A stretch of DNA of 64,000 nt, taken from the NCBI GenBank assembly GCA_951406725.2, contig OX597816.1:118730001-118794000 (forward strand), read 5' to 3'. This DNA comes from Octopus vulgaris. Its lineage: Eukaryota. Below are positions 25,716 through 37,919 of the stretch, in pieces. The notes below the pieces were generated by a model that saw only the letters and a list, made by a program, of their open reading frames with translations, was not told where the DNA came from and did not search any database. Every line of letters begins with the position of its first letter. Position 1 is the first letter of the stretch. The position numbers and the translations under genes were made by a program.

Positions 25716-26655
25716 CACCATCATCATCATTGTTTAACGTCCATTTTCCATGCTGGCATGGGTTGGATGGTTCAACTGGGGTCTGGGAAGCCAGGAGGTT
25801 GTACCAGGCCCCAATCTGATCTGGCAGTGATTTTACAGCTGGATGCCCTTCCTAATGCCAACCACTCCAAGGGTGTAGTGGGTGCTTTTTACGTGCCACC
25901 GGCACTGGCATCAGCCACATTTGGATGGTGCTTTTTATGTGCTACCAGCGCAGGGATCACAACTACAATTTCCACTTGATTTGATTTTGATATTGCTGAT
26001 GTTGATGTAATTGACTCAATAGGTCTCCTCAAGCACGGTATGTCACCCTACGATCCAAGGTACTTTTGAATGGGCTGGTTATGCGACACTGGTGAAGGTT
26101 ACAGCTGTGGACTCACTTTATTTGCCAGGTCTTCTCAATCACAGCATACCTCCAGAGGTCTCAGCCTTTCGTTATTGCCTCTGTGAGGCCCAACATTTGA
26201 AGGTCATGCCTCACCACCTTATCCCATGTCTTCCTGGGTCTCCCTCAAACCCGGATTCCTTCCACTGTTTGGGAGTGGCACTTTTTCACACAGCTCTCCT
26301 CGTCCATACGCTGTACATGACCATACCAATGCAAACGTCTTTCTTGCATGCCACATCCAATGCTTCTTATGTCTAACATTTCTCTCAGGGCGATTCCACT
26401 CTGTCCTGTGTGCACACTAACATTACACATCCAGCGGATCTTGCTAGCTTCATTTCTTTCGAGCCTACACGTCTTCAGCAGTCACAGCCCATGTTTCACT
26501 GCTGTGAAGCATGGCAATTCGCACACATGCATCATACAATCTACCTTTCACTCTAAGCGAGAGGCCCTTTGTCACCAGTAGGGGTAGAAGCTTTCTAAAC
26601 TTTACCCAGGCTATTCTTATTCTAGTGGTAACACTCTCTGAGCATTCACCCCCAC
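25716..26655 (-). mobile_element. 5'-truncated RTE-clade LINE (ORF C-terminus, 3' UTR and (GAT)n tail)
   Basis: Reads RIAWVKFRKLLPLL..KGRLYDACVRIAMLHSSETWA..RRLHWYGHVQRMDEE..GRPRKTW. The 3' UTR ends ggacgttaaacaatgatgatgatg. Confidence 0.9.
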
Positions 26656-26736
26656 TAATATAGAATGTATATTAATATTTCTCTCACCAGATAGAGTACT
26701 TTTATGTTGATCTTACCTGAACCGAAAAATAAACTA

Positions 26737-26927
26737 CATATTCTATTGTGTCTGGGGAGAGTCATTTTCTTTTTGTGCCTTATAATGTAACACACTCACC
26801 GGTAAAATTTCCACTTATTTCTCATTTTTATTTTCCTAAAATTTTCATTGCGTCTTGCAACCTTTTCAATAGTCAAGCAAGACTATTGAAAAAAGAAAAT
26901 AACTCTACCCAGACACAACAGAATATG
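26737..26927. repeat. Nested fold-back (inverted) repeat, possibly a PLE terminus
   Basis: 26737-26774 is inverted at 26891-26927. An inner perfect hairpin ttttcaatagtc-aagcaa-gactattgaaaa spans 26863-26892. Confidence 0.7.
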
Positions 26928-26989
26928 CTTCAACACACAAACTCATATAAAGAATCTTGCAAACCAAATCCAAAAATGAAATATAAACT

Positions 26990-27031
<42 letters not shown>

Positions 27032-28439
27032 GTGATGTACAAATGGGCTTCTTCAATTTTCCTCTATCACATTCAGTCAAAGGTTTTGGTTGTCTGGGGG
27101 TTGTAGTAGAAGATACTTGCCCAAGGTGCCATGTAATGGAACCTAAGACAAAACCACGAGGTTGGGAAGTAAATTTAGCCTATCATCAGGCAAGCATAAA
27201 AAGAATGAACAGATTGAGCACAAACAAAAAAGACAATGAGAGAAAGATAGTGATTTCATTAAGCATCTAAACATTACTGTCAACCAACAAGAAAATTTAC
27301 ACAACTCTTAATTACAATGCTTCCTTTAGCAATGACCACCACTGAACATTTGACACTGTTGGTCACTGGTGTTATTGATTAGTTCTAAATGAACTATGAA
27401 CAAAGTATTCCACTCATGATATCCAGTCTTATTTTCATGAGGTTTCCTAGAGGGAGTTCGACTGCTTTTTCTAGGTCAAGCAAATACAGAGCAGTGTTTC
27501 CAATGAGGGTGATGCAACAGCCTAGGGTATTATAACAAGGTTTTATAGCTATTTTATTATTCAGTTTTCATGCAGTAAGTGTATTGTGTATCTTAAGATT
27601 AGAGGAATGAAGTCGCAAAAACAAGAACTCTGATTCATAGAAGCTCCCTCATTAGTTCTATGGGAAAACGTGACTTGTGTATACGAGTTCAAGGGTTCTC
27701 TCACTAAGATCTTCTTTGGGCACCAAAAGTTCTTTTTTCAGTGGGTGTAAGTTACAAAGATAACTTTTATCATTTATTATTCTGAGAGAGAGAGAAAGAT
27801 TCATTACCAAGAAGAGATTTCTCATTAGATGCCTGCAAGTCTGATTGAAAACTCAATCACAGCCACTATAATGATGTTGTCATCAACATCACCACCAATA
27901 TATAGTGACATCATCCTCATTACGTGATATCTTCATCAGCTTCATTTTATAGCATTCCTATTAATATCACAAAACATTAAAGCATGTTGTTCACTACTGG
28001 CCACTGCCATTGAAATTATCATCTTCATCTTCACCATTAATTACTACTGTAATCTTTTATCTTTTACTTGTCTCAGTCATTGGAATGCAGCTTATGCCTG
28101 GGCATTGCCTTGAAAGATTTACTGATCTACCCCAGTACTAATTTTTAGGATTGAACCCCAAACCATGTAGTTGTAAAGCCAGCTTCTTCACTTCACAATT
28201 GATGCCTGTTAGAATAGGCATTTCTTTTAACTGTGTATGAAACTAGGAACTACTTAAGTGTATTACTGATATCTCTATGAGAGAATGTGATAACAAAGTC
28301 CAATCTTGGAGAGACTTTCCATGGTAAACGTCAAACATTAAACTAAATCATCATAATCTTCATCATTGTTTCATGTCTGCCTTTCATGCTGCCAAAGGTT
28401 GGACAGTTTTAGAGGAGACTGCACCAAACTTGTGTCTGT

Positions 28440-28798
28440 TTTTGCAAGGTTTTTACAGCTGGATGCCCTTCCTAACACCAATCTCCCAGCAGAGTGGACG
28501 GAGTGCTTTTTATGTGGCACAAGCACAGGCGTTTTGGCATAGTTTTTACAGCTAGATGCCCTTCCTAACACCAACCTCGCAGCAGAGTAGACAGAGTGTT
28601 TTTTATATGGTACAAGCACAGGCGTTTTGGCAAGGCTTTTACAGCTGGATACCCTTCTTAATACCAACTTCCCAGCAGCGTGGATGGAGTGTTTTTATGT
28701 GGCACAGGTGTTTTGGCATGGTTTTTACAGCTGGATACCCTTCCAAATGCCAAGCATTTTACAGTGTGGACTGGATGTTTTTTACGTGGCATCAGCAC
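28440..28798 (-). repeat. Four tandem ~90-bp copies of the RTE-tail core motif
   Basis: ttttacagct.gat.cccttc recurs at ~28455, 28548, 28641 and 28727, preceded by the RTE (CAT)n tail at ~28350-28400. Confidence 0.85.
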
Positions 28799-30984
28799 TC
28801 TTAAATATTAATTTCTTTACTATTTGTGTCAAACCAGGGTTTGGTGGGAGAGCTTAGTGGTTAAACTCATGAGTTTATGGGTTCTATCCCCTGACCAGTC
28901 TGCAAGTTGGTTCTTTAAGCAAGGTGCTTCATTTCATGTTGTGCTAGCCTATTCAGCTGGGAGCTGGTGCAGCCCCTTCTCCTGCCAGCTATCACATCCT
29001 CCCTGTTCTACTAGGTCAAAAGGGTATGTATGCTTACTCACAACTGCTTCTAAAACAAGTAGCAAAAGCATAGCACATGGTACCAGAGTATACAAGCTTG
29101 CAAGTGACAACTATAGTATTTAGTTTTGTGTTTCTTTAAATAAAAGCATAGAACACAAAATTTAATCAATCATAGTTCATGTCTGCAGTTTCATTTTATT
29201 GATCCAGGAGGAATGAAAGGTAAAACTAGCCTTAGTAGGATTTGAACATAGAAGGTAAAAAGCCAGAAGAAATATCTTAAGATGCTGCCGAACCAACACC
29301 CTAGTGTTAACAATAGTTTCTAACAAGGACACAAAGTTACAAATTTTTGGAGGAATAGGATGTTAGTCAATTAGAATCAACCCCAGTCTTCAAATGATAC
29401 CATATTTCATAGAATCAGGAAGGATGAAAAGCAAAGTCAACCTTGATGGGATCTGAACTTAGAATGCAAAGAACTGTAACTAAATACCACATGATATTTT
29501 GTCCCATGTTCTAATGATTCTACAAGTCCATCATTATAATAATGCTTTCTACTATAAGAACATGGCCTGGAATTTTAGTGGAGAGAGCTAGTCAATTACA
29601 TCAATCCCAAAAGGATGAAAGGTAAAGTCAACCTCAGCAGATTAAGCATTTTGTTCTGCCAGCCTACCATTTTTAATCCATCATTATAATAACAGCAAAA
29701 CTAAGAACCTATTGTTGACATGTTTGTTCATAAGCTTCAGATAAAATTGGACATCATCGAGTAACTAAGCAATTAGTTTAAGTACATTGATGAGTCAGCT
29801 TAACTCAGTGCACACACACACACAATCACAAAGCAATAGAATTACAAACACTAATAAAGATACCATTATCATCTTCATTATTTTGTCCGTTCTTTCATGC
29901 TTGCATGAATTGGGAGGATCTTCTGCAGGACATTACTTTGTCACTGTTTGTTCTAAGTAAGGTTCACCTTCTGTGTGTATGCCTACCAAACATACAAGTG
30001 TGATTTAGGAGCTTGTTTTGCAATCATGTGGTTCTTTGTTTCACTGGATTGGGTGGCACTTTGGGCAAATAACTTCTACCATAACCTTGTGCCAACTCAA
30101 GCAAGGTACAATTAGGTAGATGGAATATAGCTCCAGGCATGGCTGTGTGTTAAGAAGTGTGCTTCCCAACTATATAGTTCCAGTTTCAGTCTAAGAGTGG
30201 CACCTTAGGCGATTGTATTCTACTCTATAGGTATGGGCCAAATAAAGCCTCATGAGTGGATTTTTGACCCTAGTATGGTACTTATCCTATTAGTCTCTTT
30301 TGGTGAACAGTTAAGTATCAGGAAAGTAAACACACCAACACTGGTTGTCAAGTGGTGGGGGACAGACACAGACACATAGTGACAGGCTTCTTTCAGTTTC
30401 TGTATCAAATCCACTCACAAGACCTTGGTTGGCCTAAGGCCATAATAGAAGAAACTGGAGCAAGATGCCACACAATGGGTCTGAACCTAAAACCATGTGG
30501 TTGAGAAGCAAGCTTCTTACCATACAGCCATGCCTGCGCATATATATTACATGGACACACACAGAGCACATCATTATTTCTATGCTTGCATGGTACAACT
30601 GAAAGTTTACCAGAGCAGAATTTTTCTCTGGTCAGATGCCCTTTTTCATGCTAATGCTCATCTGTTTCCAAGTAAGGTAATAATCCCCTCCAGTCAATCA
30701 AACAACAAACAACCTGACCATGCTTTGCCTGAATGGTGAGGCTTTTGTTTGCAATCAAAACAAGAGGAAGAAAACAAAATTACACACAAGGCAAACTTTT
30801 TCCATCTACCATTTTCATTCACAAGGGGTTGATCATCTCCCACAGTAATAGCTTGGTCCCTAACAAAGGGGTTTCAAAGTGAACTCCTGAACCACATAGT
30901 CATATGTATGCCTACACATCCATGTCTGATATTTAATTCCAGGTAAAAACAATGAAACGATCTAAGCTGTAGTGATGTGGCTAC

Positions 30985-30985
<1 letters not shown>

Positions 30986-31032
<47 letters not shown>
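30986..31032. repeat. (TA)n microsatellite
   Basis: Visible run. Confidence 0.95.
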
Positions 31033-31037
<5 letters not shown>

Positions 31038-34000
31038 CTGAGTGGATACCATATTAGCTATCAGTTAAGTTCCAGTGAACAGCTAACCATTGCAATCAGC
31101 ATTTAACGTCTGTGACTACAATTTGTTGCAAGTCACTCAGTGAATTCTTCTAATGGGTAATTCCATGTATGCTTCACTGGATGGTGAAAATTGTCTGGAG
31201 TATATATTATCACTATTATTAATAATAAAGAGTATGGAGACTTAGTAGTCATTGCAGCCGAAACATGCGTAGGTCATTACAAGAAACTGTATAAGATTAT
31301 AAAATATATTATGTGGATGTACAAGTCTCCATAGTTTTTATCGGTAACAATAATTATATATATCATAGATACTTGTGTATTGCAAATCCACCTCTCCAAG
31401 GAAGATTTTATCTCAACAAAGACTATATAAAGCCAAGATTAACTTCAATGACAGCTTAAATGGCTGAAACTTTGAAGTCACTGTCAATAATATTCTTGCT
31501 TAAGAATAATAAATTTGTACTCTATAACACTATAGATTAATCTATGAGATTAATGTAAAAATGTTTTTATTATAGTGAACATAAAAAAATAAACATTAAT
31601 ATACATACACATGCATGTACAATAAATAATATAAGAACGCAATATATAAGACACACTCACAATATGTAATATATACATATATACATGCAATATATGTAAT
31701 ATTTACACACATATAAATCCAACCCATGCAAGCATGGAAAAGTAGATATTAAATGATGATGGTGATGATACACATGCACATACACACACACATAATGCAT
31801 AATATACAAATACACCCACCCACACATGCATGCAATATATACAAGCCGATACATAATATAGAGACAGATGAGAGATAGAAAGCAGTAGACAGAAATGCTT
31901 GGACAAAAAAGTAATCAAAGATAGATTGGCTCATTGGATGTCTTTGTGCTCAAATGTCCAATGAGGATATTGTTCCAAATGATGTAATAAAAAGAAACAG
32001 ATTGATGAGAAAAATAGACATGAATAGAGAAAGTGATAAAAGAACACAATATGACAAAGAGCAAAAGATATAGAAAGATATATGCAGATTGATAAATAAG
32101 ATGAACAAAGAGATATCAGGGAAAAATAGACAGACACTGATAAGCATATATATATAGTAGCAAAGAATAGTGATGACTAAGATACCATGGCGAGGGAATA
32201 TAATTGATTAACTTGATTTCAATATATTGTTACCTATTTTATCAATTTTACAGTGGTGGGAGAAAAATTAACCTGTTAACCCACACTATTTGGTTGAAGC
32301 CAGCTCTTCCACACAAACTGTTCTAGCGGAAGTCCCTATAACAATCAAGTGTGAGAGAAGATAAGATAGTATAAGTGTGATTGTATCATCGGAAATATTT
32401 TAGCCTCTCAACAACTGGTATAAAAACCACCCTCACTTCTTCCTTTTTCTCTCTCTTTCAAATTAGTTGGTAACCTCACTTGTGCCAGTGTCACAAAAAA
32501 AAAAAGAAAAGAAAAAGAAACAAAAGCCCAATACACACAGTAAAGTGGTTGGTGTTAGGAAGAGCATCCAGTCATCGAAACCATGCCAAAACTGATATTG
32601 ATGCTTATTGGATGTCAAACCATTCAACTCATGCTAGCATGGGTGTTAAATGACTGTGAGAAATGATCAGCTTTCAATAAGTTCAAGTACAAGAATTAAA
32701 TGAATGTAGATCCCAGATTTGCTTCAGTAGCAACTTACAAAATATGTTAGAGCACTTGTCTTATACACAATATGAAATTTAAAAAAAAAACAAGTGAGAT
32801 TCTTTATCACAACTGTTTGAGTCCCCCCCCCCCACCCACCCAAATGAAAACCTAATCAGAAAATAAGAAATTCTGCTGAAATTTTCAATAACATTTATGC
32901 AAAGCCATGTCATAACAAGAACACCGTATCTAATTCTAGAAATTAATTCCAAAATGGTTATGGATGAAAGCCCATCTTGGCAACAAAAAAATAAAAAACA
33001 CCAGGAAAAAAGAGAAAATATTAATAGCTAGCCTTTGAGATATATGAAAACAAGAGAGAATATATGATGGAAATTGTGTTAATTGAGATTAGTTATTTTG
33101 GTAGAAGACTAGCTAAGATTGAAAGATACATGGGCAAAATAATTAAATTAAAGAAAGCAATTCAGGAAGATTGTGGGCTTTGTGATTATGACACTATAAA
33201 GAGAAAGGTATTGGCTAGAATTGTCTAAACAAATTGACTTCCCTGTGTCAAGTAGAAATGCAAGCTCCTAGTATGAGAGTATTTTCTGGTTCATTTGCAT
33301 GCAACTACTACCAATAATAATGATGAAGATGATTTCTTAGCTTGTCACACAAGCCTCAAATTTGTAAGAGAAGAGCATATCTTATGAATCTCAATGGATT
33401 AAAAGTTAGTCAACATAAGCAAGCTTTGATTTCACAATGTTAAGTAATGATTCTATATACTTCAAGGAATTGGCATTCAATCGTTTCCATCATTCACATC
33501 CCTTTTATATTGGTTTCAAATTTTGGGACAAGGCCAACAATTTAGTGGAAGGAGGTAAGTTGATTATATCGACCCCACCAGAGTTCAGCCGATACTTCTT
33601 ACATCTCCTTTATATTAATAATAATATCTCCAAGAGCATTATAAAATATTGTTATTACACACAACAGTTCTGACCAACTGGGTTTAAAATTTTATTGAAA
33701 GAATAATCAGCAAATTTATTACATCTTTAGACAGAAGAGAGTGTACGCATGACTGTTATTTAGGAAGGGTCAGGAAAATACATGCCCACTACTACCACAA
33801 AAAAACCCCTCTTTAGTGCAAATGTTTATTTTCACAACCCTTTCAAATATCACAGAAAAGCCCAAATAAAATTTAAAAAAATATATATCCCCCAACAATA
33901 ATTTCTAAAATAAAAACATGGTCAGAAATAGCAGGAAAGGGAACAGTCAATTGCATGTCAACCCCAGTATATGACTGGTACTTTATTGATCCTGGAAGGA

Positions 34001-34328
34001 CGAAAGGCAAAGAAGTTAATTTTGGTAGGATTTGGAATCAGAGCATATTGAGCTGAAAATACCACAGTGTATTTTGTCCAATACTCTTAACGATTTTTGC
34101 CCCCAACTACCAAACCCCTATCTTAACTCTAGTAATAAAACATAAAATCAATTAATTAAAACTTGAAATATATATCAACCACCCAGTTTAAAACTTACAC
34201 AAGCGCACATACATTTTATTCCAATCTACTTAGTTCAATTTTTCAATTCCTTTTCAGTCCAGTTTTTCTAATTTTCTTGACCTCCCAATATCTTATTTAA
34301 AAAAAAAAAAAAAATTGTTTTAAAAACA

Positions 34329-34346
34329 TTTATTTTACTTTTTATT
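34329..34346 (-). terminator. Candidate polyadenylation signals (two AATAAA) for the HAT1-like transcript
   Basis: tttatt on + at 34329-34334 and 34341-34346, about 125-140 nt past the stop, followed on minus by a long U tract (~34299-34314). The AT-rich background weakens this call. Confidence 0.35.
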
Positions 34347-34469
34347 TCCAAACAGATCAATTTGACAAATGCATCTGAACCAGTTCTACTTTAGAATTAG
34401 CACCCCTATCCATTCCCCCAGCTTCTCCTTAAACGCCTGTTTGTTTATCATTAATTTTGTTCTTTACAG

Positions 34470-34793
34470 TTATTTAGCTTTATTGTGTTTGTGTTTGTGG
34501 TGTTTGTGTGTGTTATTTCTCCTCTCCTTATGCTGCCTGCTTTCTTTCTGTTCTGCTGTACATTTTTTTCTCCTTTTTTTCTTTCTATCTGATTCCAATG
34601 GTGACGATGAGGATGATGACAAAGAAGTCGATGATGAAGACACCTTACGTTTTAACCTGCTCAATACCAGTTTGTAATTCTCGTAAAGCATCTGGAACTG
34701 TATGTCTAAGTGCAAATATCTCCTCTCCAGCACCGATTGTAGTTTTTTAGGGTTGAGCATCAAACAGAGCTTCGGCAAGCTTTTACCTGACCT
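34470..34793 (-). CDS. HAT1: HAT1-like last (or alternative last) coding exon with C-terminal extension
   Basis: Acceptor ttattcattttcAG, phase 0, compatible with the upstream donor. It encodes RSGKSLPKLCLMLNPKKL...LDIQFQMLYENYKLVLSRL, similar to the recalled human KKQRDLAKMRKCLRPEEL...LEESFQELVEDYRRVIERL, and stays open to TAA at 34470. Confidence 0.8.
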   Translation of the reverse strand, partial: RSGKSLPKLCLMLNPKKLQSVLERRYLHLDIQFQMLYENYKLVLSRLKRKVSSSSTSLSSSSSSPLESDRKKKRRKKCTAEQKESRQHKERRNNTHKHHKHKHNKAK

Positions 34794-37688
34794 CTGAAAA
34801 TGAATAATAAATGTTGTAAGTAATCTAATGTTTAGCTAGTTTTTTTGTTAGAGAAAGAGAGAGAGAGAGAGAGATGCAGAGATAAAGAGGGAGTGAAGAA
34901 AAACAGAGAAATAAAACGAAAGTGAAGAAGCAAAAAGCAACAAGAAGATTTAACTGCCTATAGAGCTCTATTAATTGCTTCATGTGCAGCGATAGAGAGA
35001 GGGAGAGCGATAGAGAGAGAGAGAGAGCATAAAGGTAACCTATTAGAATACCCAAAAAATAAATAGAAAATAACAAGAATAAACTGTATTTCAAAACAAT
35101 GTTTTCACAAACGGAGTGCATAAATGTAGGGATAAAACAATATTGCAGTTGTTGAAAGGTGGAACATACGGTACAGAGATTGAAAGAGGACTTCTAAAAT
35201 TAGAGGTTTCTTGGTTTTCTCTACTTCTGCACTTGTCTTGCCCACCAAATTAACCCGTTTAGTTCGTTAAGGGCACCACCACCCAACAACGACCTTTTTC
35301 CAAGTTACTGTAATTTCTGACAAAAATGGTAGGTAGACTTAATACACCAAAACAACTTTGGAGGACCAAACATTCCATGAAAACTGTAACAAGATTTGGT
35401 AAAATAGTGATGATGTTTGAATGTTTATGCTATATACTAGGTCAAATTGTATGCTGGAAAATATGGTACATACAGAATGGTAAGATTGGACATGATAAAA
35501 CAGTCAACAATTTCAAAGAAATCAATCACTTTCATTCAGTGCGAGAAGCATCACTGCATCATACAATGTCAGATGGTTCTGAGCTAGGTGATGGCATGCC
35601 TAATCCCAGCCCAATCAGAGTTGATCTAGGGCCTACTTAACAACAGCCTTTTAACTATGAACAAATGAGGATGCTGTTACGCAGTCATTCAACCAACTGG
35701 AAACAGTAACCAAACCTATCCAGAATCAGTTTTTATTTAGTCTTACAGAAGGAAGGATACATCAGATAATTCCAAGATACATTGTGTAAAGAAAAAAAAA
35801 AAAAAAGAATCCCATTGGCTACATATATATCTGCTTGGGGTTCAACAGCTACCAGCACAAAAGAAGCTCAAGGTGGCTCTGTGGTTCAATACTGTAAAGA
35901 TTTGTGTAAGCACAACATTGTCTAAGGAAATGGTTTAGAAGGCTTGATTCAAGTGATACACAGAGTAGGTCAAGTAGCTATGATGAAGTAGTAGTAGTGG
36001 TGGTGGCAGCAGCAGTTGCTTCATGCTTATAATTTCAAACTGAGTATGGCTAGACACAAAAGATACATGAAACGAAAGTCAATTGAAAGTGGCTATTGAA
36101 CTCCTATCTCTTAGTGGGAAAGAATGGAGATAAGTATAGGGGACAATTAATGCTTAACTCCTTTATGAACATATTCCTCAAGGGTATGTATTGCTTATGT
36201 TTGAAGTAAATTTCAAACTGTTAAAGAAATGAGGAGTTTAATTAAATCAGTGGTTTTATTTCACACAATCAATGGCCTCAGGAAGTTAGAACCGAAATGG
36301 TTTGAGTGAAGTGAAAAACTGTAGGGAGTACTGTGTAACAAATTCTATTAATACATTTCCATCAGGTCATCTAAGCTGTATGGCAACCCTACACAGTTTG
36401 CTTTCCCCACCTTTACATTCTGAACGAAATATCACTAGAATAAACTTTGGCTGTTGTTCATCCTTGGCAAAGCTTGACTAAGTCTTTTATCCTCCAGGCT
36501 GACAAAAACAAATACGAGTAATAACTACCTAAATTACAATTTTAACTACCTGCCTCCCTAGGAAGAATTTAGCCTTGTGTCTAGTCAAATATAAGCAAGA
36601 ATTTAAGTCTGATGATTTGTCATTTCTGTCTTTGACTTACATTTGTAACACTACTGACTGTGAAAGAGGAATAGTGTGTGTGTGTGCATGTGTGTTTCAA
36701 AATACATGCAAGAGACATCAATTTCATCACTAGAGAAGGGCAACTGATGACTCAGTAGTAACGAGATGATTTAGATTGTAATTATCCATTAATTAAGTTC
36801 TTAACTTTCATGGGCTTGTTTCTATAACATTTCATCTCTCCCAAGTCAATAGGCTGTCTGAAGAGCTTGACAAAAGCTGACCTATAGAGGATGTACAGAT
36901 GACACCAATGTATTTAAATAGTGTTTTTCAGGCGTGCTTGTATCAAGTATGGTTATTTTAATAATGATTGAGCTCAGTTTAACATCTGTTCAACAAGCTA
37001 AATATAGAGTGTTATGCAACTATTTTTCCGAGCAGTTAAGGACTCATAATGACAGATGCTTGGCTATGTTGTTAAGTAGATTAGATTCCAGCCTATCTCA
37101 AATAACATTTCCAAATGTCTCAGTATCAATTCTGGAAAGCAAGAACTCTAACAGCCAATGAAACATACAGATTTAAGTGTCCAGTTCAGATAATGGAATT
37201 GAACCAAAACCCTAAGAAATCTAATTCCAAAAACCTTGTCAACATAGTTTAGTAGATTATATACTCCTTCTCCTTCACATGTTCACACTGTTTTATATAT
37301 AACATAAATATAATCACTATTCATTGTATACAATTACATTACATCCACTGGTCCTGTCTGCCTTTATCCTTTTACATTCTATCAGAACTAAGAGGTAAAG
37401 AGAGAGCTGTAGATTTGATAGTGTGTGAGATAAAAAATGCTTTGTGGTATTTAGTCATGTGTTTTGAGTTCAAATCCCACTGAAGCTGACTTTATCATCC
37501 GATCTTTGGGGATTCTAACAAAAAGTATCAGTCAAGTTGGTCTCATTAACTCTGTACTTAAGTGAGAATTAAGAAATAAGAGGACAGCAGTAGAACACCA
37601 AATAAAGTGTTTTGTAGTATTTAGTTACATCCCCAAAGTATGATGTATCAGATATAATACAAAATTAGTTCTGTTCTTGGTAAAAAGA

Positions 37689-37721
<33 letters not shown>

Positions 37722-37723
<2 letters not shown>

Positions 37724-37919
37724 GGCCTGAAATTTGAGGGGAGAGGACTAGTCAATTATATTGACCCCAGTATTTCACTGGTACTTAATTCATTGACCCT
37801 GAAAGGATGAAAGGCAAAGTTGACCACAGTGGAATTTGAACTCAGAACATAGTGATAGGCAAAATATCGCTAAGCATTTCGTCCAGCGTGTTAATAATTC
37901 TGTCAGCTTGTGCGGCCTT
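37722..37919 (-). mobile_element. Family B SINE within an (AAT)n run
   Basis: gaccctgaaaggatgaaaggcaaagttgacc..ggaatttgaactcagaac..gctaagcatttc. Confidence 0.85.

Noticed and set aside
28440-28798. Regularly spaced repeats that superficially resemble a CRISPR array
   Set aside because: Whole units are homologous with no unique spacers, they derive from the RTE 3' UTR, the context is eukaryotic, and there are no cas genes.
31442-31478. Hairpin acttcaATGAcagc-ttaaatg-gctGAaactttgaagt resembling a SECIS or hammerhead
   Set aside because: The upper helix is far shorter than a SECIS helix II, no selenoprotein ORF is nearby, and the CUGANGA core is absent.
34369-34750. Plus-strand ORFs of 102 and 80 aa
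   Set aside because: They are antisense shadows of the HAT1-like exon and its low-complexity tail.
36850-36888. CTGAAGA-gctt..aagc hairpin
   Set aside because: It has no GAAA or cleavage triplet after the stem.
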